The translations under genes and the position numbers were made by a program. The notes under the pieces were generated by a model. That model ran no database searches. It saw only the letters and a list, made by a program, of their open reading frames with translations, and was not told where the DNA came from. This document shows positions 1-10,555 of a stretch of DNA of 55,458 nt, one piece after another. The stretch lies in the NCBI GenBank assembly GCA_031419135.1, contig JANOKE010000093.1:1-55458 (forward strand), read 5' to 3'. This stretch comes from Gemmatimonadaceae bacterium (lineage in GTDB: Bacteria > Gemmatimonadota > Gemmatimonadetes > Gemmatimonadales > Gemmatimonadaceae). Position 1 is the stretch's first letter, and each line of letters begins with the position of its first letter.

Positions 1-77
1 CGCCGGACATGCCGGCGGCGTTCGGGTGCCACATCCCAACCGCCGCACCTCATCGTGAAACGAGGCCCCACGCGCCG

Positions 78-1064
78 CTACTCGGTAGCGGCAGTTCCCG
101 GCTCATTGGCATCGGCGCCTGCATCGGCGGCTCCACCGACCTCATCGGTGTGTGAGCCGTCGGCGCCAGTTTTGAGGCGCGCCGCGATGGCTTCCGGCTT
201 CGCACGGCGACGGCGCGGCCGACGACGCTTTTCATCTTCGCCAGGCCGTCCAGCGCCACCTTGACCACCGCCACCACCCTGCCCACGATCACCGCGGTCA
301 CCCCGACCGGCGGGTTCGGTGCCACGATCACTGCTGAACGTGTAGCTCTCCTGCTGGTCTTCGGAGGGGCGCACGGGCGCCTCGCGACGCGCTTCATCAA
401 TCGTGTCCGCGATGACCTTCGCGATCAACTCCACCGAGCGGATGGCGTCGTCATTGCCGGCGATCGGAACGGTAATGAGGTCCGGATCGGCGTTCGTGTC
501 GACAATGGCGACGATCGGCACGCCGAGTTTGTTGGCCTCGGACACGGCGATGCGTTCCTTTTTGGAATCGATGATAAACAGCAATCCCGGGAGGCGATTC
601 ATGGTCTTGATGCCCGACAGGTACTTCCCCAACTTATCGCGCTGACGGGTCATCATCAGCTGTTCTTTCTTGGTGTAGTTGTTGAAACCGCCGCCCTCTT
701 CGCTGCCTGCTTCCAGATCTTTGAGTTTCCGGATCTGTTTTTTGACGGTGCCGAAATTCGTGAGCATGCCCCCCAGCCAGCGCTCGGTGACAAACATCGC
801 CCCGCAGCGTTCGGCTTCGGCGCGCACGATCGCTGCCAACTGCCGTTTGGTGCAGACAAACAACACCGTTTCGCCGCGCAGCACGACCTCGCGCACGAGT
901 TTCTGCGCGACTTCGACCTGGCGCAGTGTTTTCTGCAGGTCGATGATGTGAATGCCGTTGCGCTCGGCGAAAATGAACCGGCGCATCTTGGGGTTCCACC
1001 GACGGGTCTGGTGCCCGAAGTGAACGCCCGCGGCGAGCAACTGCTCGAGGGACGGAATCGTCAT
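78..1064 (-). CDS. rpsB: 30S ribosomal protein S2
   Basis: Motifs AGVHFGHQTRRWNPKM, ERWLGGMLTN, IVDTNADPD and GNDDAIRS; long low-complexity C-terminal tail. Confidence 0.98.
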   Translation of the reverse strand: MTIPSLEQLLAAGVHFGHQTRRWNPKMRRFIFAERNGIHIIDLQKTLRQVEVAQKLVREVVLRGETVLFVCTKRQLAAIVRAEAERCGAMFVTERWLGGMLTNFGTVKKQIRKLKDLEAGSEEGGGFNNYTKKEQLMMTRQRDKLGKYLSGIKTMNRLPGLLFIIDSKKERIAVSEANKLGVPIVAIVDTNADPDLITVPIAGNDDAIRSVELIAKVIADTIDEARREAPVRPSEDQQESYTFSSDRGTEPAGRGDRGDRGQGGGGGQGGAGRPGEDEKRRRPRRRRAKPEAIAARLKTGADGSHTDEVGGAADAGADANEPGTAATE

Positions 1065-1080
1065 GATGGTTACGACTGGA

Positions 1081-1170
1081 GGTTGAAAATTCGTCCGCTG
1101 TCGTCGTTGCCGACGGCGACCACCCCTCGAAAGGGGATGGCACCCGCCACCGGCTCAGACAGCGTGAGAG
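1081..1170 (-). ncRNA. Probable rpsB (S2) autoregulatory leader, t44-like
   Basis: On the - strand CGCUGUC pairs with GACAGCG, enclosing GGGUGCC and a CCCCU-UUCG-AGGGG hairpin, directly upstream of rpsB; resembles the known S2 leader layout. Confidence 0.6.
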
Positions 1171-1201
1171 ATACGCTGCATCGCGGCTCGCGCCGCGACG
1201 A

Positions 1202-1591
1202 CTAGCGCTTGGAGAACTGGAACCGCTTACGGGCACCGGCACGCCCCGGCTTCTTGCGCTCGACTTCACGTGCATCGCGTGTCAACAGTCCAAACTCACG
1301 CAACTTCTTCCGATTCGTTTCATCGAGCTTGACCAACGCCCGGGCAATCGCCAGGCGTACCGCGCCGGCCTGTCCGGACACACCACCACCATCAAGCACC
1401 GCTTTTACATCAAAGCGACCCAAGGTGTCGGTGAGAGTGAACGGCTGCTGAATGGCCGACACGAGTGTTGGCCGGGGGAAATAATCGCCCAACGTTCGCC
1501 CGTTCACGTCCCACTTACCCGACCCCGGTGTGAGATACAAGCGGCAGACCGCGCGCTTGCGACGACCCAGGGATTGAATCTGCTCCGACAT
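1202..1591 (-). CDS. rpsI: 30S ribosomal protein S9
   Basis: GRRK, GGG.SGQAGA and ERKKPG...ARKRFQFSKR; ATG at 1591 overlaps the rplM stop (TGATG). Confidence 0.98.
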   Translation of the reverse strand: MSEQIQSLGRRKRAVCRLYLTPGSGKWDVNGRTLGDYFPRPTLVSAIQQPFTLTDTLGRFDVKAVLDGGGVSGQAGAVRLAIARALVKLDETNRKKLREFGLLTRDAREVERKKPGRAGARKRFQFSKR

Positions 1592-2040
1592 CACTTGGCC
1601 TCAGCGTTGGAGAAGGCAAGCGACGTGGGGGTTTGCGCCACATGCGGATGATCTGCGCCCGCGTACACGCGCAGCTTGCGGCGCAACACCTGCCGACCGA
1701 GCGCGGTTTTCGGCAGCATGCCGTAGACGGCCTTCTCGATGATGCGCTCGGGATGGCTGGCCATAACCGACGCGTACGGGGTGTGCTTTTCGTGACCCAT
1801 GTAGCCCGTATGAGTGAAATAGGTTTTCTGTTCAGCCTTGCGGCCGGTGACAGTAACCTTGGACGCATTGATCACGATGACAAAGTCGCCCGTGTCCATG
1901 TGCGGGGTGTACATGGGCTTGTGCTTGCCGCGGATGATCTTGGCGATTTCCGACGCGAGCCGACCCAGCACCATTCCTTCGGCGTTGACGATATACCACC
2001 GACGGTCGATATCCTTCGGGGTCGCACTGTAAGTCTTCAT
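1591..2040 (-). CDS. rplM: 50S ribosomal protein L13
   Basis: [24 protein letters not shown] and GMLPK motifs; rplM-rpsI pair. Confidence 0.98.
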   Translation of the reverse strand: MKTYSATPKDIDRRWYIVNAEGMVLGRLASEIAKIIRGKHKPMYTPHMDTGDFVIVINASKVTVTGRKAEQKTYFTHTGYMGHEKHTPYASVMASHPERIIEKAVYGMLPKTALGRQVLRRKLRVYAGADHPHVAQTPTSLAFSNAEAK

Positions 2041-2175
2041 GCGTGCAAGTACTCAAGAGGCGCCGTGCGGCGCGTCGTACGGGATCGAAAACGAGGATCG
2101 CGCGTGGCGAACACCTCTGGAGAGCGTGCTCGTCGGCGAGCCGGAAGAAAATCACGGAAGTCGAGACAGACCCGT

Positions 2176-2204
2176 AAGTTACTGCACTTTGCGTTGGCTG
2201 TCAA
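2176..2204 (-). promoter_or_regulatory. Sigma70-type promoter for rplM-rpsI
   Basis: TTGACA (2204-2199), 17-nt spacer, TAACTT (2181-2176) on the - strand. Confidence 0.7.
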
Positions 2205-2331
2205 TGCGGTTTTGACGCGTCTTGCCATTGCCTCCTACCGAATTCGGACCCATCATTGCGCCTCCGTCGTTCGTATTGAGCACGGCACCGTCATTGGCTT
2301 CGCGCCAATTTCTCTCTAAAGGAGTTTCGCT

Positions 2332-2691
2332 ATGGGTATGGCCGCTGAATTCAAAGAGTTTGCCATGAAGGGCAGCGTCATGGATCTCGCTATTGGTGTG
2401 GTTATCGGTGGTGCCTTTCAAAAGATCGTCGACTCCATGGTGAACGATGTCATCATGCCACTCGTCGGCCTGCTTACCGGTGGGGTGGACTTCGCCAATC
2501 GCTTCGTCGTCCTCAAGGGAGACGGCACGTTCAACACACTGGAAGAAGCGAAAAAGGCCGGAGCCCCGGTTCTTGCCTACGGTCAATTCGTCAATCAGAT
2601 CATCACATTCTTGATCATTGCCATGGTCCTGTTCATGGTGATCAAAGCGGTGAATCGCATGCGCAGCAATCAGCCAGCCAAGGCGGCCTGA
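2332..2691 (+). CDS. mscL: Large-conductance mechanosensitive channel
   Basis: EFKEFAMKGSVMDLAIGVVIGGAFQKIV and YGQF..IITFLIIA; AAAGGAG RBS. Confidence 0.97.
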   Translation: MGMAAEFKEFAMKGSVMDLAIGVVIGGAFQKIVDSMVNDVIMPLVGLLTGGVDFANRFVVLKGDGTFNTLEEAKKAGAPVLAYGQFVNQIITFLIIAMVLFMVIKAVNRMRSNQPAKAA

Positions 2692-3212
2692 ACCGAGTTC
2701 GGCGCTGGCAACGGCCCCAGTTCAAGGAGCACGGCGCCTTTCTCTACCACCGAGCCGGGGATGGCTCGCACCGCAAGCACCATCCCCGGCGCGGTTGCCC
2801 GGAGTTCGTTCTCCATTTTCATGGCTTCGACCACCACCAGGGCTTGACCGGCCGCGACGACGTCGCCAACCGTGACATGGACCCGGACCACCAGTCCAGG
2901 CATCGGGGCCAACAATGGTGCCGGACCGGACGCAACCCCCGATGCGGCGGTCAGGTCGCGAATAGTCCGCATGCGCTCGTCGAGCGCCTCGGTGTCCACG
3001 CGTACCCCGTCCACGTCAAGCACCCACGCGCCGCGTGACGCACCCCGACGCGCCACCACGCGGTGCACCTGCTCGCCCACGCGTACCAGACGGAGCGGCG
3101 TGCCTTCAACGCGCGTCAACGCCACATCCAGTCGTTCGCCATCGACGGTTGCCTGGGTACCCTCCAGTTCCACCGTGATCCGCTCCCCATTCACGTCGAC
3201 GATGTATTTCAT
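2670..3212 (-). CDS. Biotin carboxyl carrier protein (acyl-CoA carboxylase alpha C-terminal part)
   Basis: APMPG and EAMKMENE biotinylation motif; start set at ATG 3212 after GAGGAG, overlapping the upstream stop. Confidence 0.9.
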   Translation of the reverse strand: MKYIVDVNGERITVELEGTQATVDGERLDVALTRVEGTPLRLVRVGEQVHRVVARRGASRGAWVLDVDGVRVDTEALDERMRTIRDLTAASGVASGPAPLLAPMPGLVVRVHVTVGDVVAAGQALVVVEAMKMENELRATAPGMVLAVRAIPGSVVEKGAVLLELGPLPAPNSVQAALAG

Positions 3213-4477
3213 ATCTCCTCTGGGATGAGCACGCACACGGTTTCAACGTGCGCCGTTTGCGGAAACATGTCGAAGCACCGAAGTGACGCGATGCGCCATC
3301 GCGGGAGACGCGAGAGATCGCGCGCGAGCGTGGCGGGATCACAACTCACGTACACCACGCCGCGAACACCGGCCGCGCTGGCGTTAGCCAGTGTGGCGGC
3401 TACGCGAATGTCGACCCCGCGACGCGGCGGATTCAACACCACGATATCTGCTGGCAGCGCGGTCTCGAGTGCATCCTCCACGAGGGCGTTGATCACCCGC
3501 GACACAGGGAATGGCATCAGACGCGTGGTCGCGCGCGCCACGGCCACAGGGTCCGACTCGATGGCCGTCACGCGCACGCCCTCATGCGCCAACGTTTCGG
3601 CCAGGTCACCACGGCCGCTATAGGCATCGATCACGGAGGCGGGGGCCAGTGCCCGTACCGACGTCAGCACATGCGCACGCAACGCGTTCGCAACCAGCGG
3701 GTTCACCTGCGCAAACGCCAGTACGTCGGGTTCCTGTGTACCGGACAGCAGCATCACCTCACCCCGCTCGGGCTCCCACCACACCGCAGAAACGGTCGGG
3801 ACTTCGGCGCACACGCGTGCCGCCCAGTCGTGAGCGTCGGTCCATTGCACTCCACCCAACACCACGAGCGCCACCCGCTCACCTGCGGCACCCGTCAGGC
3901 GCAGCGAAAGGCGTAACGTCCACGCCGACTGCAGAACGGGGAGGCCACGCAACAGGCGACGCACCTCGGTCCAGCATGCCACGAGTCGAGGATGCGCGAT
4001 GGGGCATTCGTCGAGCGCAAAAACGCGCCCCGCGTCGTTGAATGCGTGCAGTCCACCGATCCACCCCGCTCCGCGGACACGCAGCGTCAGGGTGAGGCGC
4101 TCCCGATAGCCCCATGATTCGCCGGAAACAAGTTCGGGAAGTGGTACCTCGCGATGGCCAACCCGTTGCAGCGCGTCACGCACGATGCGTTGCCGGACTG
4201 TGCGTTGCGCGTCGGCCGAAAGGTGTTGCAGTTGACAACCACCGCAGTGATCGGCGGCATAGTGATGGCACAGCGGTTCCGCGCGTTCTATCGACGGTTC
4301 CAGTATCTGGAGCAGGCGACCGCGGGCGTAGCGGGCGTGCGGAACGTACGCCACCTGCGCCACATCGCCGGGGGCCGCACGCGGGACAAAACACACCATG
4401 CCGTCGATGCGCCCCACGCCATCTCCGCCCGCTGCAATGGTATCGATGCGCATGTTCGCGACCGATTCGGTGGGCAC
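3209..4477 (-). CDS. TrmA/RlmD-family RNA (uracil-5)-methyltransferase
   Basis: TRAM-like N-terminus, Fe-S cysteines (C..CGGC..C), FAQVN, NPPRRG, YVSCDPATLARD and DMFPQTAHVE; start uncertain (GTG 4477 chosen). Confidence 0.88.
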   Translation of the reverse strand: MPTESVANMRIDTIAAGGDGVGRIDGMVCFVPRAAPGDVAQVAYVPHARYARGRLLQILEPSIERAEPLCHHYAADHCGGCQLQHLSADAQRTVRQRIVRDALQRVGHREVPLPELVSGESWGYRERLTLTLRVRGAGWIGGLHAFNDAGRVFALDECPIAHPRLVACWTEVRRLLRGLPVLQSAWTLRLSLRLTGAAGERVALVVLGGVQWTDAHDWAARVCAEVPTVSAVWWEPERGEVMLLSGTQEPDVLAFAQVNPLVANALRAHVLTSVRALAPASVIDAYSGRGDLAETLAHEGVRVTAIESDPVAVARATTRLMPFPVSRVINALVEDALETALPADIVVLNPPRRGVDIRVAATLANASAAGVRGVVYVSCDPATLARDLSRLPRWRIASLRCFDMFPQTAHVETVCVLIPEEI

Positions 4478-4547
4478 CTCGCCCCGCGAAGGACGCCGGT
4501 TCGCGCGTGTCTGCGCTCGCGCGTACGGTCGTCTCACGAGCGAATCC

Positions 4548-6131
4548 TCACGGCGAACGCAACGTCTCTCGGCGGGCCTGCGCCGCCCACAACGAACGGT
4601 CGCGTACAAAACGCTCTGGCGCGTGGAGTCGTTCGGATTGCGAGGCATCGGCATCCGGAGCGCTGGCCACCGGCTGACGCCCGCTGAGGCGCTCATCGTG
4701 TGTGATCAGGGCCGACGCCAGTGCCGCCAACCGCAGCGTCGTGCGGTCACTGGATGGACCCGTGAGTTCGTCCAGTGTGTGTTCAAGCCACTGGATCGAG
4801 ATGTCGCCGCTCTGAAACGCCGGATGATCCATCACCCGCAGGTGGAACGCGCGCGACGTTTCAATGCCATCAATCGTCAACTCGAGCAACGCGCGACGCA
4901 TGCGGGCGATGGCCAACTGACGGTTTGGTGCATGGACGATCAGTTTGGCCAGCATGGGATCATAGAACAGTCCAACCTCGCTGCCGGCCTCTATCCCGCC
5001 GTCCCACCGAACGCCCGGACCGCTGGGCAGGTGCAAATGCTCCACCCGTCCGATCGAGGGCAAGAACCCGTTTGCCGGATCCTCACTGGTGATGCGACAC
5101 TCGATGGCCCACCCGCGCGGGGTGAAGTCTTTCTGTGCAAACGGGAGCGGCGTGCCGGCCGCGATGCGAATCTGCCATTGCACCAGGTCAATTCCCATCA
5201 CGAGTTCGGTTACGGGATGTTCCACCTGTATGCGCGTGTTCATCTCGAGAAAGTAGAATTCTCCCGATTTATCCAGCAGGAACTCGCACGTACCGGCATT
5301 CACATACCCCGCCGCACGGGCGGCGGCCACCGCCGTCGCCCCCATGCGCGCGCGCAATGCGGGTGACACGGCCACACTGGGCGCTTCCTCAATCATCTTC
5401 TGATGGCGACGCTGCACCGAGCATTCACGCTCGCCCAGGTGGATCACGTTGCCGTGCATGTCAGCGAGAATCTGGATCTCCACATGGCGCGGTCCGTCGA
5501 GGTACTTCTCGACGTACACGGCGTCGTCACCGAACGCTTTTTGCGATTCCCGTTTCGCCGATGCGAGCGCCTCCGCCATGTCTTCGCGAGCGCGCACGAT
5601 GCGCATACCCTTCCCGCCCCCACCGGCCGACGCTTTGAGGATCACGGGAAATCCGAACGTGTCCGCGATCGCCACGGCCTCGTCGGCATCACGCAACGCT
5701 TCCGTCGTGCCCGGCACCACCGGTACACCCGCACTGCGAACGAGTTGACGCGCCGCCGTCTTCGATCCCAGCGCGTCGATCGCCTCGGCCGGTGGACCCA
5801 CGAACACCAGACCCGCGTCACGCACCGCCCGTGCGAACCACGCGCGTTCGGACAGGAACCCGTATCCGGGGTGGATGGCGTCCGCGCCCGTGCGCTTCGC
5901 CGCGTCGATGATCCGATCGCCGAGCAGATAGCTCTGCGTCGATGGCGGCGGGCCGATGCACACCGCTTCATCGGCTTCGCGCACGTGGGGTGCCCGGGCG
6001 TCGGCGTCGGAGTACACGGCCACCGTGCGTATCTGCAGTTCCTGACAGGCGCGGATCACGCGTAGCGCGATCTCTCCCCGATTGGCGACCAGCAACTTGC
6101 CGAATGGGGGTGTGCTGACGTGCCCGCTCAC
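4548..6131 (-). CDS. Biotin carboxylase subunit of acyl-CoA (probably propionyl-CoA) carboxylase
   Basis: [36 protein letters not shown] and [14 protein letters not shown]. Confidence 0.95.
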   Translation of the reverse strand: MSGHVSTPPFGKLLVANRGEIALRVIRACQELQIRTVAVYSDADARAPHVREADEAVCIGPPPSTQSYLLGDRIIDAAKRTGADAIHPGYGFLSERAWFARAVRDAGLVFVGPPAEAIDALGSKTAARQLVRSAGVPVVPGTTEALRDADEAVAIADTFGFPVILKASAGGGGKGMRIVRAREDMAEALASAKRESQKAFGDDAVYVEKYLDGPRHVEIQILADMHGNVIHLGERECSVQRRHQKMIEEAPSVAVSPALRARMGATAVAAARAAGYVNAGTCEFLLDKSGEFYFLEMNTRIQVEHPVTELVMGIDLVQWQIRIAAGTPLPFAQKDFTPRGWAIECRITSEDPANGFLPSIGRVEHLHLPSGPGVRWDGGIEAGSEVGLFYDPMLAKLIVHAPNRQLAIARMRRALLELTIDGIETSRAFHLRVMDHPAFQSGDISIQWLEHTLDELTGPSSDRTTLRLAALASALITHDERLSGRQPVASAPDADASQSERLHAPERFVRDRSLWAAQARRETLRSP

Positions 6132-7687
6132 AGCGGAAGATTCCCGTGCTTTCTGGGAGGATTGCGGTCGCGCTTGCCTTGCAGGGCGTCCAGTGCATCG
6201 ATCAGGCGCGGCCGCGTGTCGCGCGGATCAATGACGTCATCGATGTACCCCCGGGCCGCCGCGGCGTACGGATTGGCAAACCGTTCGGTGTACTCCGCCA
6301 CGCGCGCGTCCATCGCGGCCTGCGGATCGGGTGCCTCGGCGATTTCCTTCTTGTAGAGGATTTCCACCGCGCCTTTCGGGCCCATGACGGCGATTTCCGC
6401 CGTTGGCCAGGCAATGTTGAAGTCGCCACGAATGTGCTTCGAACTCATTACGTCATAGGCGCCGCCGTACGCCTTGCGCGTGATCACGGTGAGTTTGGGC
6501 ACCGTGGCTTCACAGTAGGCATACAACAATTTGGCGCCGTGCTTGATAATACCGCCGTGCTCCTGCGCCACCCCGGGCAGGAATCCGGGGACGTCTTCGA
6601 ATGTAACGAGCGGAATGTTGAAGCAATCGCAGAAGCGCACGAATCGCGCCGCCTTCATCGACGCATTGATATCGAGTACACCGGCCATCACGGCGGGCTG
6701 GTTGGCGACGATGCCGACGCTGTAGCCGCCGAGGTGCGCAAACCCCACCAGAATATTTCCCGCATAGTTGGCGTGCACCTCGTAGAACCCCGCGTCATCG
6801 ACCACGCGACGGATCACGTCGTGCATGTCGTACGGTTTGTTCGCATTGTCGGGGATGATATCCAGCAGCGCTTCGTCACGTCGGTCGCGCGGATCCCGTG
6901 TGCTGCCGCGCGGCGGGTTGTCGACATTGTTCGACGGTACGAAACGAAAGAGTTCGCGTATCTGCTGCAGACAGGCCAGTTCCGAATTACAGGCGAAGTG
7001 CGCCACGCCGCTGGTCGAGGCGTGCGTATCCGCTCCACCCAGCTGCTCCATCGTCACGTCCTCGTGCGTCACGGTCTTCACCACATTGGGGCCGGTGACG
7101 AACATGTAGCTTGTTCCGCGCACCATGAAGATGAAGTCGGTGATCGCCGGCGAGTACACCGCACCACCGGCGCACGGCCCAAGGATTGCCGATATCTGCG
7201 GGATCACGCCCGAGGCCAGGGTGTTGCGGAGGAAGATGTCGGCGTAACCGCCCAACGAAACCACGCCCTCCTGAATGCGGGCCCCGCCGGAATCATTCAG
7301 CCCGATCACGGGCGCTCCGGCGCGCATGGCCAGATCCATGATCTTGCAGATCTTGGCGGCATGCGCTTCGGAGAGTGATCCGCCGAACACTGTGAAATCC
7401 TGAGAGAACACGTACACCAGGCGGCCCTCGATCCGGCCGTGGCCGGTCACGACCCCGTCGCCAAAAACCGGTTGCTCGCCCCCGTTCTCGGCACGAGACG
7501 TGACGAATCGGTCTGCCTCGACAAACGATCCTTCATCGAGCAGGACATCGACGCGCTCGCGGGCGCTGAGCTTGCCTTTGGCGTGCTGGGCTGCCAGCCG
7601 CGCCGCGCCCCCTCCCAACTCGGCGGCATCGCGGGCGGCGGAAAGACGCGCCAGTTTGTTGCGCATGGTCGACGGATTTGCTGACAT
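6128..7687 (-). CDS. pccB: Acyl-CoA carboxylase carboxyltransferase beta subunit (PccB-like)
   Basis: [38 protein letters not shown] and C-terminal KHGNLPL. Confidence 0.92.
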   Translation of the reverse strand: MSANPSTMRNKLARLSAARDAAELGGGAARLAAQHAKGKLSARERVDVLLDEGSFVEADRFVTSRAENGGEQPVFGDGVVTGHGRIEGRLVYVFSQDFTVFGGSLSEAHAAKICKIMDLAMRAGAPVIGLNDSGGARIQEGVVSLGGYADIFLRNTLASGVIPQISAILGPCAGGAVYSPAITDFIFMVRGTSYMFVTGPNVVKTVTHEDVTMEQLGGADTHASTSGVAHFACNSELACLQQIRELFRFVPSNNVDNPPRGSTRDPRDRRDEALLDIIPDNANKPYDMHDVIRRVVDDAGFYEVHANYAGNILVGFAHLGGYSVGIVANQPAVMAGVLDINASMKAARFVRFCDCFNIPLVTFEDVPGFLPGVAQEHGGIIKHGAKLLYAYCEATVPKLTVITRKAYGGAYDVMSSKHIRGDFNIAWPTAEIAVMGPKGAVEILYKKEIAEAPDPQAAMDARVAEYTERFANPYAAAARGYIDDVIDPRDTRPRLIDALDALQGKRDRNPPRKHGNLPL

Positions 7688-8025
7688 ATGGCCGCAAGCT
7701 AGCGGACGCCCGGGACAGCAACCAGCTTATTGCGGCAGAGCACCTAACGTGGTGCTGCCATTACGTTGACGGTCGAAGTAAGATGTGGTGTGGGATGGGA
7801 GACCGTTTCACGGCTGGCGCGTTCGTGACCGGAATGTCGCTTTGCCCGTCTAGAAGCGGATGACCAGTCACTGCCGCGCTAGTTTATGGATGAGCCTGCT
7901 GGTCCGAAATATGCAGTAGGAACGGGTAGCTGCAGGATCGCACGACACGGTTCCCGGGTTACCGATGCCGCTCAACGCTGGGTGAGGCACTGCCTCACCG
8001 CCACCGAACGAAGCCACCCAATTCC

Positions 8026-8550
8026 ATGCCTGACATTTTTCGTCTTGACGCCGACGCCCCCGCGCGTCGGCTCGCCTACATCGGCGCCATCCTGCTGATC
8101 CTTATTCCCTTCCTGCAGGCCGGCCAGCAGCTTTGGCCGCTGAATCTCGGCGACATCCGGTGGCGCTTTGGTGCGGCGAACGCATTGTCCAGCGTGATGC
8201 TGCTGCCGTTTCTCGGTCTCACGATCATGACCTTGGTGGCTCGCAGCGTGGACCATAAAGGCGTGGCGCGTTTCGTGGGGGCGTTAGCCGCCTTGTTCGT
8301 CATTGGCCTGCTGGGCTCTCTGGTGTTGTTCGCGCTCGATGCCCTGCAGCTCAAGGGAATCGTTACCTCGCAGATGATGGCGACGTTCCAGACCACCGCA
8401 TGGCGCGTCGTGCTGGTGTCGCTGATCTTCACGGTGAGCTTCTCGATGCTGATGGTCACGGCGTTCAAGAGTTCGCGCGGCGCGACGCCGCTCACGAAGA
8501 AGGGGGCGAAGCAGACGGACGAAGCGGTGGGGCTTATTGTTGGGCAGTAG
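8026..8550 (+). CDS. Hypothetical membrane protein (about 4 TM helices)
   Basis: Four long hydrophobic segments; followed by a terminator-like hairpin. Confidence 0.8.
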   Translation: MPDIFRLDADAPARRLAYIGAILLILIPFLQAGQQLWPLNLGDIRWRFGAANALSSVMLLPFLGLTIMTLVARSVDHKGVARFVGALAALFVIGLLGSLVLFALDALQLKGIVTSQMMATFQTTAWRVVLVSLIFTVSFSMLMVTAFKSSRGATPLTKKGAKQTDEAVGLIVGQ

Positions 8551-8572
8551 GCCCGTCAGCTCGAACAAACCG

Positions 8573-8604
8573 AAGGCCCCGCCGGTTGTACTCGGCGGGG
8601 CCTT
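8573..8604. terminator. Bidirectional intrinsic terminator
   Basis: AAGGCCCCGCCG, 8-nt loop, CGGCGGGGCCTT between convergent genes, with A/T-rich flanks. Confidence 0.75.
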
Positions 8605-8631
8605 TGTCGTACCATCAACTTGAGACGCGAC

Positions 8632-10446
8632 TTACAGTCCGATCTCGTCTTCCGAGCTGTGCACCTTGCTGGGCTCGGCCGGCTTGGGCGGCTGCTCTTC
8701 CGGCACCGACGTCACTGCCAGCACAATGCGGCGATGGATCGGATCGACCTCGAGCACCCGCATGACCAGGTTCATCGTTTCCCATGTGAAATCTGCAGGA
8801 TTCGTGACCGTGCCTTCCGGGTTCAACTGGCTAACCGGAACGAAGCCTTCGATGTCGTTGCCGAGATCGACCACCACGCCCTTATCCATCAGGCGAACCA
8901 CGCTGCCGGGGAGCTCGGTACCCACCGGGTACGTCTCACCGATCTTGAGCCACGGATCTTCCTCGGCCTGCTTGAGTCCGAGTGAAATCCGCTTGTTCTC
9001 GCTGTCGATGTTGAGGATCACGACGTCCACCGCGTCGCCCTTCTTCACCACTTCCGACGGATGCTGGACACGCTTGGTCCAGGACATGTCGGAGATGTGA
9101 ATGAGGCCGTCGATGCCCGGCTCGATTTCCACGAATGCGCCGAAGCTGGTGAGGTTGCGCACTTTTCCGTTAATGCGCGTACCCACCGGGTACTTGAGCG
9201 GCAGGATCACCCATGGATCCTGTTCCGTCTGCTTCATGCCGAGCGAAATTTTCTCCTCGGTTTCATCAACCTTGAGCACCACCGCCTCGATCGCTTCACC
9301 AATGGACACGATTTTGGACGGATGACGCACGTTGCGCGTCCAGCTCATTTCGGAAATGTGCACGAGGCCTTCGATACCCGGCTCGAGCTCGATGAATGCC
9401 CCGTAGTTGGTGATCGACACCACCTTGCCGTTCACCCGCGTGCCGACCGGGTACTTGGCCGCCACGTCCTTCCACGGATAGCTCTGGAGCTGCTTGAGGC
9501 CGAGTGAAATACGCTCGCGCTCCCAATCGATATCGAGCACCTTGATTTCGAGCTCCAGGCCGATCTGCACCATCTCGCTTGGATGCGAGATACGACCCCA
9601 TGACATGTCGGTGATATGCAGCAGGCCGTCCACGCCACCGAGGTCGATGAATGCCCCGAAATCGGTGATGTTTTTCACGACGCCCTTCCGCACCTGATCC
9701 TTGTTGAGCTCCTTCATCAACTTCTCACGCTTGCCGGCGCGTTCCTGCTCAAGGATCACTCGACGCGAGACCACGATGTTGCGACGACGCTTGTTGAGCT
9801 TGATGATCTTGAACTCGTATTTGTGACCGAGCAGCTCATCGATGTTGGGCACGCGACGGAGGGCGATTTGCGAGCCGGGGAGGAACGCATCCACGCCCAT
9901 GAGATCGACCACCACGCCGCCCTTGATTTTCTTGACGAGCACGCCTTCGACGGGCATATCGCTTTCGTAGGCCACGCGAATGCGTTCCCACACGCGCATG
10001 AAGTCGGCCTTCTTCTTGGACAGCACCACCGAGCCTTCGGCGTCTTCGAGATGCTCGAGGAGCACTTCCACTTCGTCGCCGACCTTGAGGTCGGGCATAT
10101 CCTTGAATTCTTCGAGCGCGATCGTCCCTTCGGATTTGAAGCCGATATCGAGGACGACGAGGTTCTCGCGAATTTCAAGCACGCGGGACTTGACGATTTC
10201 GCCTTCTTCGATCGAGGCGAGTGTCCCGTTGTACAACTCCATCATCCGCTCGTACTCATCGGACGAGAACTCGTCTTCTTCGTAGAGCTCGGGGCGACGA
10301 TTGGCCAACGGGCGCAGTTGGCTCTTCTGGAGGTCGCGCTTTTCGCGCGGCGTAAGCTTCGGGTGTTCCAGCGAGTCTTCGTCGAGCGCGGTGGCCAGCT
10401 CGGAATTCAACTCGATGCCCGTGTCGGGGCTCAGTTCAGTGCTCAT
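8632..10446 (-). CDS. rpsA: 30S ribosomal protein S1
   Basis: Six S1 repeats (e.g. FGAFIDLGGVDGLLHITDMSW, ISLGLKQ); downstream of cmk. Confidence 0.97.
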   Translation of the reverse strand: MSTELSPDTGIELNSELATALDEDSLEHPKLTPREKRDLQKSQLRPLANRRPELYEEDEFSSDEYERMMELYNGTLASIEEGEIVKSRVLEIRENLVVLDIGFKSEGTIALEEFKDMPDLKVGDEVEVLLEHLEDAEGSVVLSKKKADFMRVWERIRVAYESDMPVEGVLVKKIKGGVVVDLMGVDAFLPGSQIALRRVPNIDELLGHKYEFKIIKLNKRRRNIVVSRRVILEQERAGKREKLMKELNKDQVRKGVVKNITDFGAFIDLGGVDGLLHITDMSWGRISHPSEMVQIGLELEIKVLDIDWERERISLGLKQLQSYPWKDVAAKYPVGTRVNGKVVSITNYGAFIELEPGIEGLVHISEMSWTRNVRHPSKIVSIGEAIEAVVLKVDETEEKISLGMKQTEQDPWVILPLKYPVGTRINGKVRNLTSFGAFVEIEPGIDGLIHISDMSWTKRVQHPSEVVKKGDAVDVVILNIDSENKRISLGLKQAEEDPWLKIGETYPVGTELPGSVVRLMDKGVVVDLGNDIEGFVPVSQLNPEGTVTNPADFTWETMNLVMRVLEVDPIHRRIVLAVTSVPEEQPPKPAEPSKVHSSEDEIGL

Positions 10447-10555
10447 ACTGGTTCAGGTCTCCACATCGCGGGACAACACTCGCCGCGCCGAGAAAGTTGG
10501 TGAGACAGCAGGGTTCCGGCAGAAATGTCGGAGCCCTGAAACATAGGCTGGCGGG

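Noticed and set aside
2282-2297. Sigma54-like site upstream of mscL (CGGCAC-N5-TTGG)
   Set aside because: It lacks the invariant GC at -12
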